A stretch of DNA of 30,778 nucleotides from an uncultured Actinomycetota bacterium (GTDB taxonomy: Bacteria; Actinomycetota; Actinomycetes; JAFAQI01), in contig CAVYQE010000005.1 in assembly GCA_963770565.1 (NCBI GenBank), positions 1 to 30,778 on the forward strand. The letters are read 5' to 3'. Shown one piece after another: positions 9,995-19,858 of the stretch. The notes under the pieces were generated by a model. The model saw nothing but the letters and a program-made list of their open reading frames with translations, was not told the DNA's origin and ran no database searches. The translations under genes were made by a program, and so were the position numbers. Position 1 is the stretch's first letter, and the number at the start of each line of letters is the position of its first letter.

Positions 9995-10942
9995 CGGGCC
10001 GCACCCCGTGGTCGTACGCGGTAACCGAAGTGATGCAGCAGCGGGAGCGATAGCACGGTGACCGTCGCGCGGGTCTGACAGTCGGTCGCGGTCTGCCAGG
10101 TCTCGTCTGCCACCACTGGCACGTCGCCGGTGCGGAACCGCATCGGGTTCCCCGACACCGTGTGTGCTGCGGTCAGGTGTGCCACCTTGTCTGCCGAGAC
10201 CGGGAGCTTGAGGTCGGCGGGCAAGCCGGCGAGGTCGGCGATTCGCCGCAGCTCCCGGGCCGGGTCGGTCACGACGTCCTCGTGCCGAACAGTCACCATT
10301 GGTATGCCGAAGCGGCGAAGTCCGGTCAGCGAGGAGTTGTGTCCGAGCCAGAGCAGAGCGGTCCGGGCTGGCGGGTAGCGGGTCATGTTGGCGATTCCGT
10401 GCTCACCGGCATTTGGGCGCTCTAACAGCTTGGTCCAGGAGTATGCGACCGCGCGTGGGTCGCGAACCGTGCGGACCAGTCGCAGGTCGAGGTCGCCGCG
10501 CGCGGCGAGGGCGAAGGCGAGCGAGGGGTGCTTACTGGAGTCAACGACCACCGCGCATCCACTGACCGTCCGGATCGCGTCGTAGACCGCAGCGTAGTGG
10601 TCGGTGTAGTGGCGGAGTTCAGCGCTGAAGCCGGGACGTAGCCCACCCATCAGCATCGCCGGGATCCGCCGGCTGCGATCCAAGGACCGCCGGGCCTCTT
10701 CCATCCGCTCGACGGCGACGTTGCCCCACCCCGCCGAACGCCGTATCCCCGACCGCTCCCCAGAACTCGCAGCGCGAAAAGGGATTACCACAGCCACATG
10801 CTTCGTCGAGTTGGATCCCCCGGTGCCACAGGTGCACGATCTCGCCGGCTGGGCATACCCCGTCCAGCTCACCGACCATCCGTTCGAGGAGGGTGCTTCC
10901 GCTTCGACCGAGGCCAGCGAGATAGAGGACCGCGTTCGGCAC
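9991..10942 (-). CDS. PAPS-dependent sulfotransferase (Sulfotransfer_3-like), one frameshift as assembled
   Basis: 5'-PSB motif GLGRSGSTLL in the 10942 frame; VDSSK, VRDPRAVAYSW (3'-PB) and VRHED in the other frame. Removing one base from the run at 10729-10732 restores AFGGWGNV. Confidence 0.85.
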
Positions 10943-10943
10943 A

Positions 10944-11981
10944 CTAGCTCCGAGGCTGGCTAACAGTCTCGGAGTGCTGGCGGGGGCGGGGGATGATGGT
11001 CTGCGGTCGGGCCATGGACCGTCGCGCGGTCGGGCGCGAAGTCCGGAGCGTCAGCGGGGCCGGCGAGTCCGCGTTGCGCACCCCGCGGATCGCTGCCTCC
11101 TCGATGGTCGCGGTGGACAGCGCCTCAGCTTCGACCGGTAATGCCAGGCCGAGGCCGCCGAGCCGCCGCGCGATCTGCTCCTGGTGGTCGTCGACGTGCT
11201 CGCCGTGCTCGATCTGCCGGGGCACGAGGATGGGCGACCTCCCGACGCTCATCGCTTGCAAGGCCGAGCCGACGCCCGCGTGGCAGACGACGACATGGGC
11301 CTCGCTCATCAGTTCGGTCAGCTCGTCGTGGCTGAGGAACTCCTCGATCCGGGCGGCCCGCATGCCGGCAATCGGTGGGGTGTGGCCGAGCTGCCAGACC
11401 ACCTCGGCGTCCTTCGGGAGCACCGCGTTGAGGTTCTTCACCAGCCGGGTCATGGGATGGTGCATGCTGCCGACGGTGACCAGAACGCGAAGCGGACCGG
11501 TCGGCCGCTCAACCGCGCAGCCGGTGTAGCCGTCGAACACCGAGCCGGCGTACGTCCACTTCGAGTCCGCCCAGTCGGTCGACTGGGTGTAGCAGCGCAC
11601 CCGCGGCATCGCCGCCGCGACCTGACCGGTGATCGACGGGCCGTCGACGCGGGCCGCGCTCTCGATGTAGTGCCCGGAGGCGCGATAGATCCGCGCCGCG
11701 ACGAAGAAGGGGATCGCGACGCTCGCGCCCGTGCTGACGACGACATCGACCTTCTCCTGGCGCACGATTCGGCGGGCAACGCCGAGCAGCGACATCGTCT
11801 CCCGCAGCTGCCTTGGCTGGATGTCGGGAATCCAGTGGACGTCGTGACCGGCGAGCAGCGCCTTGCTCTGCGGGCTCTCGGCGGCTGCCCAGACGACCTC
11901 GTCGATGCCTGCGATCCGTCGCGACCAGGACTCGAGTTGCACCATATGACCGCCTGTCGAGGCAACCAATAGCGCACGCAT
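10944..11981 (-). CDS. Fused PssD/PssE (Alg14/Alg13, CpsF/CpsG-like) glycosyltransferase
   Basis: N-half: VASTGGH..QL, VVSTGA.VA.PF, YIES.AR...PS.TG. C-half: VLVTVGS, VVCHAGVGS, VPR....GEHVDDHQ. Confidence 0.88.
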   Translation of the reverse strand: MRALLVASTGGHMVQLESWSRRIAGIDEVVWAAAESPQSKALLAGHDVHWIPDIQPRQLRETMSLLGVARRIVRQEKVDVVVSTGASVAIPFFVAARIYRASGHYIESAARVDGPSITGQVAAAMPRVRCYTQSTDWADSKWTYAGSVFDGYTGCAVERPTGPLRVLVTVGSMHHPMTRLVKNLNAVLPKDAEVVWQLGHTPPIAGMRAARIEEFLSHDELTELMSEAHVVVCHAGVGSALQAMSVGRSPILVPRQIEHGEHVDDHQEQIARRLGGLGLALPVEAEALSTATIEEAAIRGVRNADSPAPLTLRTSRPTARRSMARPQTIIPRPRQHSETVSQPRS

Positions 11982-12193
11982 AAGTCGAACATAGCGCCCG
12001 GTTGATTGGGCCGTTCGGGGAATGCCCAGATATCACCCGAATGCCGTATCAAGGATCGGTCATACTCGGTGCGGTCGTGCCGCAGGTGACCAGTCGACCT
12101 GCTTGTGACCAACCGGGAGCCCACGGATTTCGAGGCAATCAGGACGGTAGGCGTCGGCGGTCGCCGGACTCCGAGTGAGGATGTGGAAGGCAG

Positions 12194-13738
12194 TTGCCGA
12201 GCCCGACGACCCAGGCCGAGGCGGCCTCGCCGACTGCCGCCCACGGCGTCGCGCGCGGCAGCGCGCTGAACGTCATCGGGGCAGCGGCGACCGCCGTACT
12301 GAGCTTCGTGGTCGTCGCGGTGGTCACGCGGGGAATGACCAGGACCGACGCCGGCGTCGTCTTCACTGCCACGTCGCTGTTCGTCCTGGTCGAAGCACTC
12401 GCTCGCCTCGGCGCCGACGTCGGCGTCGTCCATCACTTGGCCGGTGCGCTGGCGCGCGGACGGGATCAGGCCGCGAGCAGCGTCCTGGTGGCCTCGCTGC
12501 TGCCGGTCGCGCTCGGTGGCACCCTCGCCGGGATCGTCCTGTTGGCAGTTGCCGGGCCGCTCCAACCGCTCATCGTCGGCCATCACGGCATCCGGCACGG
12601 CCTGCTCATCGTTGTGGTCCTCGCGGTGTGCATGCCGATCGCCGCGACCTACGACGTCATGACCGCTGCGACGCGAGCGCTCGGCTCGACCCGGCCCACC
12701 TTCGTGGTCGAGCGGTTGCTGCGTCCGATCGTGCAGCTCGCCGCGGTGGGTGTGACCGTCGGGCTGCACGAAGGTCCAGTGGCCGTGGTGGCCGCGTGGA
12801 CCCTGCCCTACGTGGTGTCGGCAGCCGTCATGGCGGGCTGGCTGCGGCGACTGATGCACCGGGCCGGCCTCCCGCTGTGGTCAAGCGAGTGGGCCAGCGT
12901 GATGCGACCGGTCTGGGCTTTCACCGGGCCCCGCGCGGCCGCCAGCGTGCTGCAGATGGCGTTGCAGCGCCTGGACATCGTGCTGGTCAGCGCACTGCTC
13001 GGTTTGCCCGCCGCCGCGGTCTATACCGGCGCCACCCGCTTCGTCGTGGTCGGGCAGCTCGGCAATCAGGCGGTCGCCTACTCCGTCCAGCCGCAGCTGC
13101 GTCGCCTGCTGGTCCGCGGCGAGCGGGCCGATGCCTTCCACCTGTTCCAGACCTCGACGACGTGGATCGTCGCTTTGACCTGGCCGCTGTACCTGACTGT
13201 CATCTCGATGGCCCCGCTGCTGCTGCGGATCTTCGGCGCGCACTACGGCAGCGGTGAAACTGCGGCAATCACCGTGACTGCGGCAATGTTGGTCGCGTCG
13301 GCTTGCGGGCTGGTCGATATCGCACTTCTCACGGCCGGGAAGTCGGTGTGGAACCTCGCGAACGTCGCGCTCGGCCTGACCGTCAACGTCACGATCGATC
13401 TGATCCTGATCCGCCGGATCGGCATCGAGGGAGCTGCGGTGGGCTGGGCGGCGGCAATCCTGCTGTGCAACCTGGTCCCGCTCTGGCAGATCCACCGGCG
13501 GGTAGGGCTGCACCCGGTGAGCCGGACCTGGCTGCTGACCATCGTCGTCGCGCTGCTGGCGTTCCTCGGCCTGCCCGAGCTCGGCGGTGTGCTGCACCCC
13601 GGCCATTTCATCGGTGCGCTCGCCGGCCTGATGCTCGGATCGGCCCTCTATCTGGCGGTGCTCTGGCGGTCTCGCCGTGCGTTGGCGCTCGATCAGCTTC
13701 TGGTCCGACGCGGGCGTGGTCGGGCGGCCGTGGTCTAG
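12194..13738 (+). CDS. Wzx-type polysaccharide flippase (MOP superfamily)
   Basis: Many hydrophobic helices, VARGS.LN start, QRLDIVLV, LI...GIEGAA.GW. TTG start follows GGAAGG. Confidence 0.88.
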   Translation: MPSPTTQAEAASPTAAHGVARGSALNVIGAAATAVLSFVVVAVVTRGMTRTDAGVVFTATSLFVLVEALARLGADVGVVHHLAGALARGRDQAASSVLVASLLPVALGGTLAGIVLLAVAGPLQPLIVGHHGIRHGLLIVVVLAVCMPIAATYDVMTAATRALGSTRPTFVVERLLRPIVQLAAVGVTVGLHEGPVAVVAAWTLPYVVSAAVMAGWLRRLMHRAGLPLWSSEWASVMRPVWAFTGPRAAASVLQMALQRLDIVLVSALLGLPAAAVYTGATRFVVVGQLGNQAVAYSVQPQLRRLLVRGERADAFHLFQTSTTWIVALTWPLYLTVISMAPLLLRIFGAHYGSGETAAITVTAAMLVASACGLVDIALLTAGKSVWNLANVALGLTVNVTIDLILIRRIGIEGAAVGWAAAILLCNLVPLWQIHRRVGLHPVSRTWLLTIVVALLAFLGLPELGGVLHPGHFIGALAGLMLGSALYLAVLWRSRRALALDQLLVRRGRGRAAVV

Positions 13739-14799
13739 GGACTCCTCACGGCCGTGGGTTTGGACGGGTTGAACCATGGGTCGGACGCGACCTGCCGCAA
13801 TGCCTCGGCAGCTGGCGAACCCGGCCCGATCACATAGTCCCGGTTCGAGGAGTGCCCGATCGGGTTGTAGTCGAAGTACACGGCTGCCTTGATCTGCGGC
13901 GTCTTGCGGATGAACACAGCGGCGTTGGTGATCCACTGTGCGCGGACGTCCGGTGCGTAGCTTTCCGGTACGCCGATCTCGCCGAGCATCAAGGGCTTCC
14001 CCTGGCCTCGGGCCCAGGCGAGGAAGGCACCGATCTCATGCGACAGCTGTTCCACCGGCCCAACGGGATCGGGGTAGGCATCGGTGCAGATCCAGTCGAC
14101 CTCGGCCGCCCCGGGGTAGTACTGCTGCGCCGTACCGCGCTCGAACCCGGTCGCGGTCGGGCACCAGACCCAGGATGCGTTCGTGACCCCGGCCGCACCG
14201 AAGATCTGACGGACGTGATCCCAGGCTGCGATGAACGTGGCCGGACCGTGCACAACCGAGGCGAGGTTCGGCCGGTCCATCTCCCAGCGCAGCTCGAGGA
14301 AGACCGGAGCGCGCAACGAAGCCACCTCGGCGGCCACGCCCCGAATCTCGGCGTCATCGGCTCCGCTGGCCATGGTGGCCAGGTCGGTGCCCGTCCAGGA
14401 GATCAGAAGCATCTGTCCAGCCTTGGCCGTCGCCCGTTGGCTGTCGGTCGGAAACGGCTTCTCCCACTGGAGGTAGCTGTGCACGATCGCGATCGGATGG
14501 CAGATCGCGACCTCCAGTTCGGCGGTGGAGGCGATGTACTTCTCCTGGGTGAAGACCGTGCCGTTCAGGGCGAAGGCGCCGAGGTAGGCGCCATGAGCGG
14601 GGACTACCGGCGCCCCGGCCGCGATCGACCGGGGAAAAGCGGGCTTCGGTACGGCGGCCCGGCACTGGGCCGTGCTCGCTCCGCTCGGTTCGCTCGAGCC
14701 GCAGGCGACCGCGCCGGCGGCGGTCAAGACGAGGGCCGCGACGGCCCGGCTCCAGCCTCGACCGCTCAGGCCCGCCAACTCGGAACCCAGCCCAGCCAT
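13735..14799 (-). CDS. GH26-like glycoside hydrolase, probable lipoprotein
   Basis: Hydrophobic stretch ending in the lipobox-like GAVA-C followed by GSS. Motifs PVFLELRWEMD, WVWCP, YYPG...VDW...D.Y, KPLMLGEIG. Start is approximate. Confidence 0.82.
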   Translation of the reverse strand: MAGLGSELAGLSGRGWSRAVAALVLTAAGAVACGSSEPSGASTAQCRAAVPKPAFPRSIAAGAPVVPAHGAYLGAFALNGTVFTQEKYIASTAELEVAICHPIAIVHSYLQWEKPFPTDSQRATAKAGQMLLISWTGTDLATMASGADDAEIRGVAAEVASLRAPVFLELRWEMDRPNLASVVHGPATFIAAWDHVRQIFGAAGVTNASWVWCPTATGFERGTAQQYYPGAAEVDWICTDAYPDPVGPVEQLSHEIGAFLAWARGQGKPLMLGEIGVPESYAPDVRAQWITNAAVFIRKTPQIKAAVYFDYNPIGHSSNRDYVIGPGSPAAEALRQVASDPWFNPSKPTAVRSP

Positions 14800-15622
14800 T
14801 CGGCCAGCTCGTCGTCCCACGGGCGGAAGTGGTCCTCGAGCTGGTGCCGGATCGGCTCGGGCATCGGCGACCTGGGCCGGGCATTGTGTCGCTCGAAGAC
14901 CGGGTCTCCGGCAAGCGGGAGGTCGAGAAACTCGAGGGTCTCGGTCCAGACCGCTTCCGGCTCGGCGAAGAAGCGGTGGCTGTCGACGACGTGCAGCCGC
15001 GGCCGGCCGAAAACCGCTTCGAGGCGGCGGAGCAACTCGACATAGTGTCCGCGCGCGACGTACGCGTGATGTTGGTGGTCCAGGCTCACGAGGTGCGGAT
15101 TGCGGGTCAGCAGGTCGTCCTGGCCCTCAAGGCGCAGCGACTCGAGTTCGAGCGCGCGCTCGAACGGCTCGGTTTCGAAACCGCGGGCGAGCTCGTGTGC
15201 ATGGGCGGAGTAGGCGCGCTCGACCGGGTCGCGAATGAGCACGATCAGCTTGACCCCGGGCAGATCAGCATTGATCCGGGCGGCCGCAAGCGGATGAAAG
15301 CCGTAGTACGGGCTGGACTCGAGAATGACCGGCGCCATTCCGGTCCGCCGCCGGACCCGGTCGACCGTGGCACGAAGTGGGAAGTGTCCGCGGTACCACG
15401 TCTCGCCCGGTCGTAGCCAGTGTCGAAGTAGTGCACGCCCTTGCGACCGACCGCGCGCAGGACGGCGGGGTGCTGGATCAGTGCCCGGTACATCGATGTC
15501 GTACCGCATCGCTGCCCGCCGGCGATGAGCACGTTGGGCAACGTGCGCAGGCTCGCGGTCGGCCGGCCGACGACGGGGACGAAGGATGCCTGGAAGGCGT
15601 GAGTGAGCTGTTGACGTGCCAT
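14766..15622 (-). CDS. PAPS-dependent sulfotransferase (Sulfotransfer_1, heparan-sulfate sulfotransferase-like), one frameshift as assembled
   Basis: LPNVLIAGGQRCGTTS, KGVHYFD, ESSPYY, KLIVLIRDPVERAYS, G.Y...L. Adding one base to the run at 15406-15408 restores YDRGETWYRGHFP. TAATG coupling to the upstream gene. Confidence 0.87.
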
Positions 15623-16847
15623 TACACGCCTCGTGCGGGAGCGAGATCAGCGAGCGCAGCTTCGACGGTCGGGAGCAGCCAGCGCTCGAGGTGTCCGATC
15701 GCTGCGCCGGCCTCGGCCTGACGGTCGCGCTCGTAACGCAGACCAATGTGCACGAGGTAGAGCAGCGCACTGACCGCCGGATCCGTGTCGCCGGCACCGA
15801 GGCCGGCGAGGACACGAGGTGCGTCGGCGACCACCCGCTCGGCCAGGGCCGGCAGGTCGTCCGGCGTACGGACGTAGAGCTCGTTCAACCGGAAGTGCAG
15901 CAGGTCCAGGCCGGCCGGCGTCGCCGGCTCGTAGCGCTCCCAGTCCCAGACCAGGAGCGCATCGTCGGTGAGCCACATGTTCCACGGCGTCCAGTCGCCG
16001 TGCGAGGCGGTGAACGTCACCGGCCGGTCGCCGAGGTCGTCGGTGATCCGCTCGACGCAGTCGGCGAGGCGCCGGGCCCGCTCGCCGGACGGCAGCGCGC
16101 GCACGCCGAGCCGGATGTCGGCCCAGTAGGCGCTGTCCCGCAAGGGACCCCGGACGCCGAGTCCGGTTGCCGCGACCGCGCGGGCAGCCCTGGTGACGTC
16201 GCCGAGCTGCGGGGACCGGCCGGGCAGCCAGGTGGGCAAGGGCTCGAGGGTGAGCACCGGTTGCCCGGCAAGTGACCCCATGTGGGTGACCTTCGGCACC
16301 CGCACCGAGCTCGGCAGTCGCTCGCCGAGAGTCGGGAGCGCCGCACCCTCGCGGCGGACGAGCTCGGCGGTGAGCTCGTCGACGCCCACCTTCGCGAACG
16401 CCACGGGTCGCGAGGAGTCGGCGGCCAGCGCCTGGACCACCGGCTTGCGGTTCGCGCGGTCGGGCGTGAGATGTACCGCCACCGAAACCGGTCGGCCCAG
16501 CGCGCGGGAGAGGTGGTCGTCGATGCCGGCCACCGGTGACGTACCGGGCGAGAGGACGCCCAGCCGGGTACGCAGCGGTGCAGTCCCGGTCACCGCGAAC
16601 AGGCCGCCCGCGGCGGAGAAGCCCCAGCGGGCGCCGCGGGTCAGCCGGCCGCCGTACGCCGGAGCGCGATCGCAGCGGCGCCGCGGGGCTCGACCGGCAC
16701 GAGCAGGCGCGGCCGGGCCGCGCTGGGGGCGACGGCAAAGGTCCGCCCCGGGTCGGTCCGCGGTCCGGCGGCGCCCACCTCGGCGCCCGGGAAGAGGTCG
16801 GTGAGCGCGGTGACGGCGTACCGAAGCCGCGGGTGGTCAGGGCTCAC
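15622..16847 (-). CDS. APH / choline-kinase-fold phosphotransferase, one frameshift as assembled
   Basis: FAKVG, Brenner-type HGDWTPWN and VWDWE. GTG at 16847 overlaps the wzy stop (GTGA). The N-terminal frame joins the 16593 frame if one base is added near 16658. Confidence 0.78.
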
Positions 16848-18229
16848 GCAAGCTCGCCGGTGGGTTCGCGCGTGGGCCAGACATGGAGGTTCCGGCAGGC
16901 GATACCGATCGAGAGCATGCTCAACATCAAGCTGGTCGGCAGGTTGTTGTAGAAGAAGGTGTAGAAGACGCTCAGGATCGCGATCAACCGGGCCGCGGAG
17001 CCGATCAGACTCCGGTCGGCTCTCAGCCGCCACCAGGCGACGGCGAAGAAACCGACATAGAGGAACGCTCCGACCAGGCCCTGGTCGAACATCACCAGCC
17101 AGATCTCGCCAGTGCTGCCGAGGTTGACCGCGCCGCAGGTCGGGCATTTGGCGCTGGGTCCGATGGCGATGGACTGCGAGCTGCCGATGACCTTGCGGCT
17201 GCCGCCCCACCCGATCAGGGGGGATTCCAGCGCGCCCTTCAACGAGGCGTGGTCGACGTTTGATCGGATGCCGTTGCTCGCGCCGTGGTTGGCGCGTTGC
17301 TGGACGACCTGGTTCAACGGCGTGAGTAGGAAGAGCACCGCGCCTACCCCCACTGTCGCGATCGCCACCATCGTGGCGCGGGCATCGCCACGGCGGGCCA
17401 GTCGCACGATGACGAACGCGAGGCTGAGCAGCAGGCCGAACCACAGTCCCCGGTTGAGCGAGTAGACGATCGGGACAATGGCAATGAGCAGGACGACCGC
17501 GAGGCGGGCGCGGTTGCGCATGATCGCCGGCTCCCAGAGGTAGGCGCAGAACCACACCAGCAGGATCGACAGGTTGTTTCCCCACAGGTTGGTGTAGCCC
17601 CACGGTGCTGCTGGACGAGGAGCCTGGAAGCCAAGGACGTCCTGAACCTGCGCGGCCTGCGGGTGGACGAGTGACTTGACGTACTGGTTGGAGCGGAAGC
17701 TGTGCGGGAGTAGGTGTTCGAACGGAGCGTTGTACGAGAAGTGTGGTGCCGCCAGGGCCAGCAGCCCGCCCCCGACGGTCACGATGAACAGCCAGGCCAT
17801 CCACTTCACCAGCCGTCGTTGCGGAAGCTCTGCAGGCGAGAGGTTGACGACGTAGAGAAGGAAGATCGTGGCGGTAACCAGCTGGATCAGTCGCAGCAGC
17901 AGGCTGATCGAGCGCCCGCTGATCGAGCCGGCGGTGGTGTCCGGCGCGTGCGCCGGCAACATCACCAGGCTGAGCAGGTTCCAAATCAGGAACACGGCCC
18001 ACACCCGGATTCCCGCGGGGAGCCGGATCGGCCGGCGGTGCAGCAGGGTGATCGACATCGGGATCGCGGCGAGGATGAACTCGAATGCGCCCAGACCGAG
18101 TGCCCACCAGAGCGGGTAGAGAACGAGCGCTGCCCACAACGGCCACCCAGGGAACAACAGCCGGCGCCGTTGCCTCCCCGTGGCCGGCCGCTGTTGCGAG
18201 ACGACGTGCGGGGCTTCAGCGAGCAGCAT
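16844..18229 (-). CDS. Wzy-like polymerase / O-antigen ligase family membrane protein
   Basis: About 10-12 hydrophobic segments, RP.AP..YTN.WG, SLNRG.W, SN..R, SPLIGWG, G....V....GLVG. Located directly downstream of the co-polymerase. Confidence 0.8.
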   Translation of the reverse strand: MLLAEAPHVVSQQRPATGRQRRRLLFPGWPLWAALVLYPLWWALGLGAFEFILAAIPMSITLLHRRPIRLPAGIRVWAVFLIWNLLSLVMLPAHAPDTTAGSISGRSISLLLRLIQLVTATIFLLYVVNLSPAELPQRRLVKWMAWLFIVTVGGGLLALAAPHFSYNAPFEHLLPHSFRSNQYVKSLVHPQAAQVQDVLGFQAPRPAAPWGYTNLWGNNLSILLVWFCAYLWEPAIMRNRARLAVVLLIAIVPIVYSLNRGLWFGLLLSLAFVIVRLARRGDARATMVAIATVGVGAVLFLLTPLNQVVQQRANHGASNGIRSNVDHASLKGALESPLIGWGGSRKVIGSSQSIAIGPSAKCPTCGAVNLGSTGEIWLVMFDQGLVGAFLYVGFFAVAWWRLRADRSLIGSAARLIAILSVFYTFFYNNLPTSLMLSMLSIGIACRNLHVWPTREPTGELA

Positions 18230-19858
18230 CGACCGGACGCGTCGGGACCGACGACCCGCCCGAGGAGTGCGCGCCGGCACTCGACGACTGGCTGGGCAGC
18301 ACCGAGTCGCCGCCCTGCGGTTCGCTTACCTTGCGGCGTGGCGCTCGCCACAACGCGGCCCCGAGCAGCCCGGCTACTGGTCACCGAGATCTGGTCGATG
18401 ACCTCCCCGAGGTCGGCTCGCTTGGTACGCATCGGGTCGACCACGAGAATGCTCGCTTCGCTGAGTTCGGCCAGGACATAGGCATTCGCGTCGGTGGAGG
18501 CCGGGTCGCCCTCGATGATCACGTAGCGCGCCCGCCGCCGCGCGTCGTCGAGGTTGGCCCGCATCGTGGCTGGGAACGAGCCCGGTGAGGCCTCGATCGG
18601 CGTGCGGATGAATGCGCCAAGCGCGGCGCCGGACAGATCCGGCTCCGGCTGGCCTGGGTCGCGCCGGCTGGGCCAACGCAACGCGCTGTCGCCCGGGTCC
18701 GGCGGCGGCTCGGCGAACTGCTTGGCGACGACCGCGACTGCGGTGGCGGGCAGCGGCGCCGTGTGGGCCGCCGCGACGACCTCCACGTCGTTGCCCAGGG
18801 AGGCGAGGATCGCGGCGAGGCCCCTCGCGAGACCGCTGTCAGCCTGACCGGGCGAAACCGGCGCTATGTAGACGATGCCGCCCTCGTGGCCGAAGGCGCC
18901 CGCGACGACGCTGGCGATCCGTGGTCGAACCGGCTTCGCGCGGCCGCCTCTCGGCGTCGGCCCGTCGAGCGACCCCCCGGCGGGCCGGCATCGCTGCGAT
19001 CACGTCGACGCCGACTGCGGCCAGATCGTCACTATTACCGACATAGCGCCCATAGCGTTCGCGACCGATGACAGCGCCGATCCCGAGCAGGACCCCGAGG
19101 ATCAGCCCGGTGAGCGGCAGGATCGCCCGGCGGATTTGCTCGCCGTCCCGGGGCCTGCGACGACGATCACTCGACCGGGGTCCTCGGGCGTGTTCACCAG
19201 GTTGTCGAGCTGAAGGTTCAGCTGGTTGAGGTTGGTCTGGAGGGTGGCCTGAAGCGCGATCGCGTAGGTCTTGACCGGGCCGGCAGGTGCTTGGGCGACC
19301 ACTTTCGCCTGGTTCTGGAGCGCCTTTCGCGCTGAACTGAGTGTCTTCTGCGTCACGGTGATGTCAGCGTCGAGCGTCGACTTCTGAACCGCTGCGCGGT
19401 CTTGAAGGTACGCAGTGGCGAAGGCGTTGGCGCAGGTTTGGGCGCCCAGCGCCGAGCGGGCCTTGCACGCGATTTGCAAGACGGATGAATTGGGCGGAAC
19501 CGTCACGGACACGCGACTCAGGAGCGAACCCACCGTACTGGGTAATCGAGAATCTTCTTCGCAATAGTCCCAACCGTCGTCGATACGACGATTTGTGCTT
19601 TGTGTCGAGAAGGTCACCGGCTGGTTGGTGCGCCCATTCGCGACGTTGATCGAGGCTTGCTGGCTCACCACGTTGGTCGCATCGACCTGAACCCGGGCAG
19701 CTCAGCTGTACAACGGTGGCTTCACGGCCGCGCCCGCCGCGCCGGCGAGAAGCCCTAAAACAATACAAACGATGAGCAACCACCGGTGCCGCTTGAGTGG
19801 CCTGAGGTAGTGGCCGAGGTCGAAAGCTCGAGTCGTGGCCGGTGACTTGACTGGGCAT
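18216..19858 (-). pseudogene. Wzz/Wzc-type polysaccharide co-polymerase with degenerate BY-kinase domain; several indels and one in-frame stop as assembled
   Basis: Reconstructed across frames: ATG 19858 (GAGAGG RBS), FDLGHYLRPLKRHRWLLIVCIVLGLLAG (TM1), TGA at 19702-19704, DT.AQIVVS, VSVTVPPNSSVLQI, coiled coil, PGRVI, LTGLILGVLLGIGAV (TM2), P-loop-like region, YVIIEG, stop at 18216. Confidence 0.78.

Noticed and set aside
11450-15045. Long alternative-frame ORFs (e.g. 11450-12859 minus, 13303-15045 plus)
   Set aside because: They give Arg/Pro/Gly-rich translations without motifs and overlap well-supported genes, which is typical of high-GC shadow ORFs.
10729-15408. Phase variation or programmed frameshifting of the two sulfotransferases
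   Set aside because: The runs are only 3-4 nt with no slippery heptamer, and similar indels occur throughout neighbouring genes, so sequencing error is the simpler explanation.
15622-16847. Aminoglycoside resistance gene
   Set aside because: Only the generic kinase motifs are shared, and the gene is coupled inside a polysaccharide operon.
19702-19704. In-frame TGA as selenocysteine or readthrough codon
   Set aside because: It lies in an error-dense gene at a position where a small residue is expected, and no SECIS-like evidence is seen.
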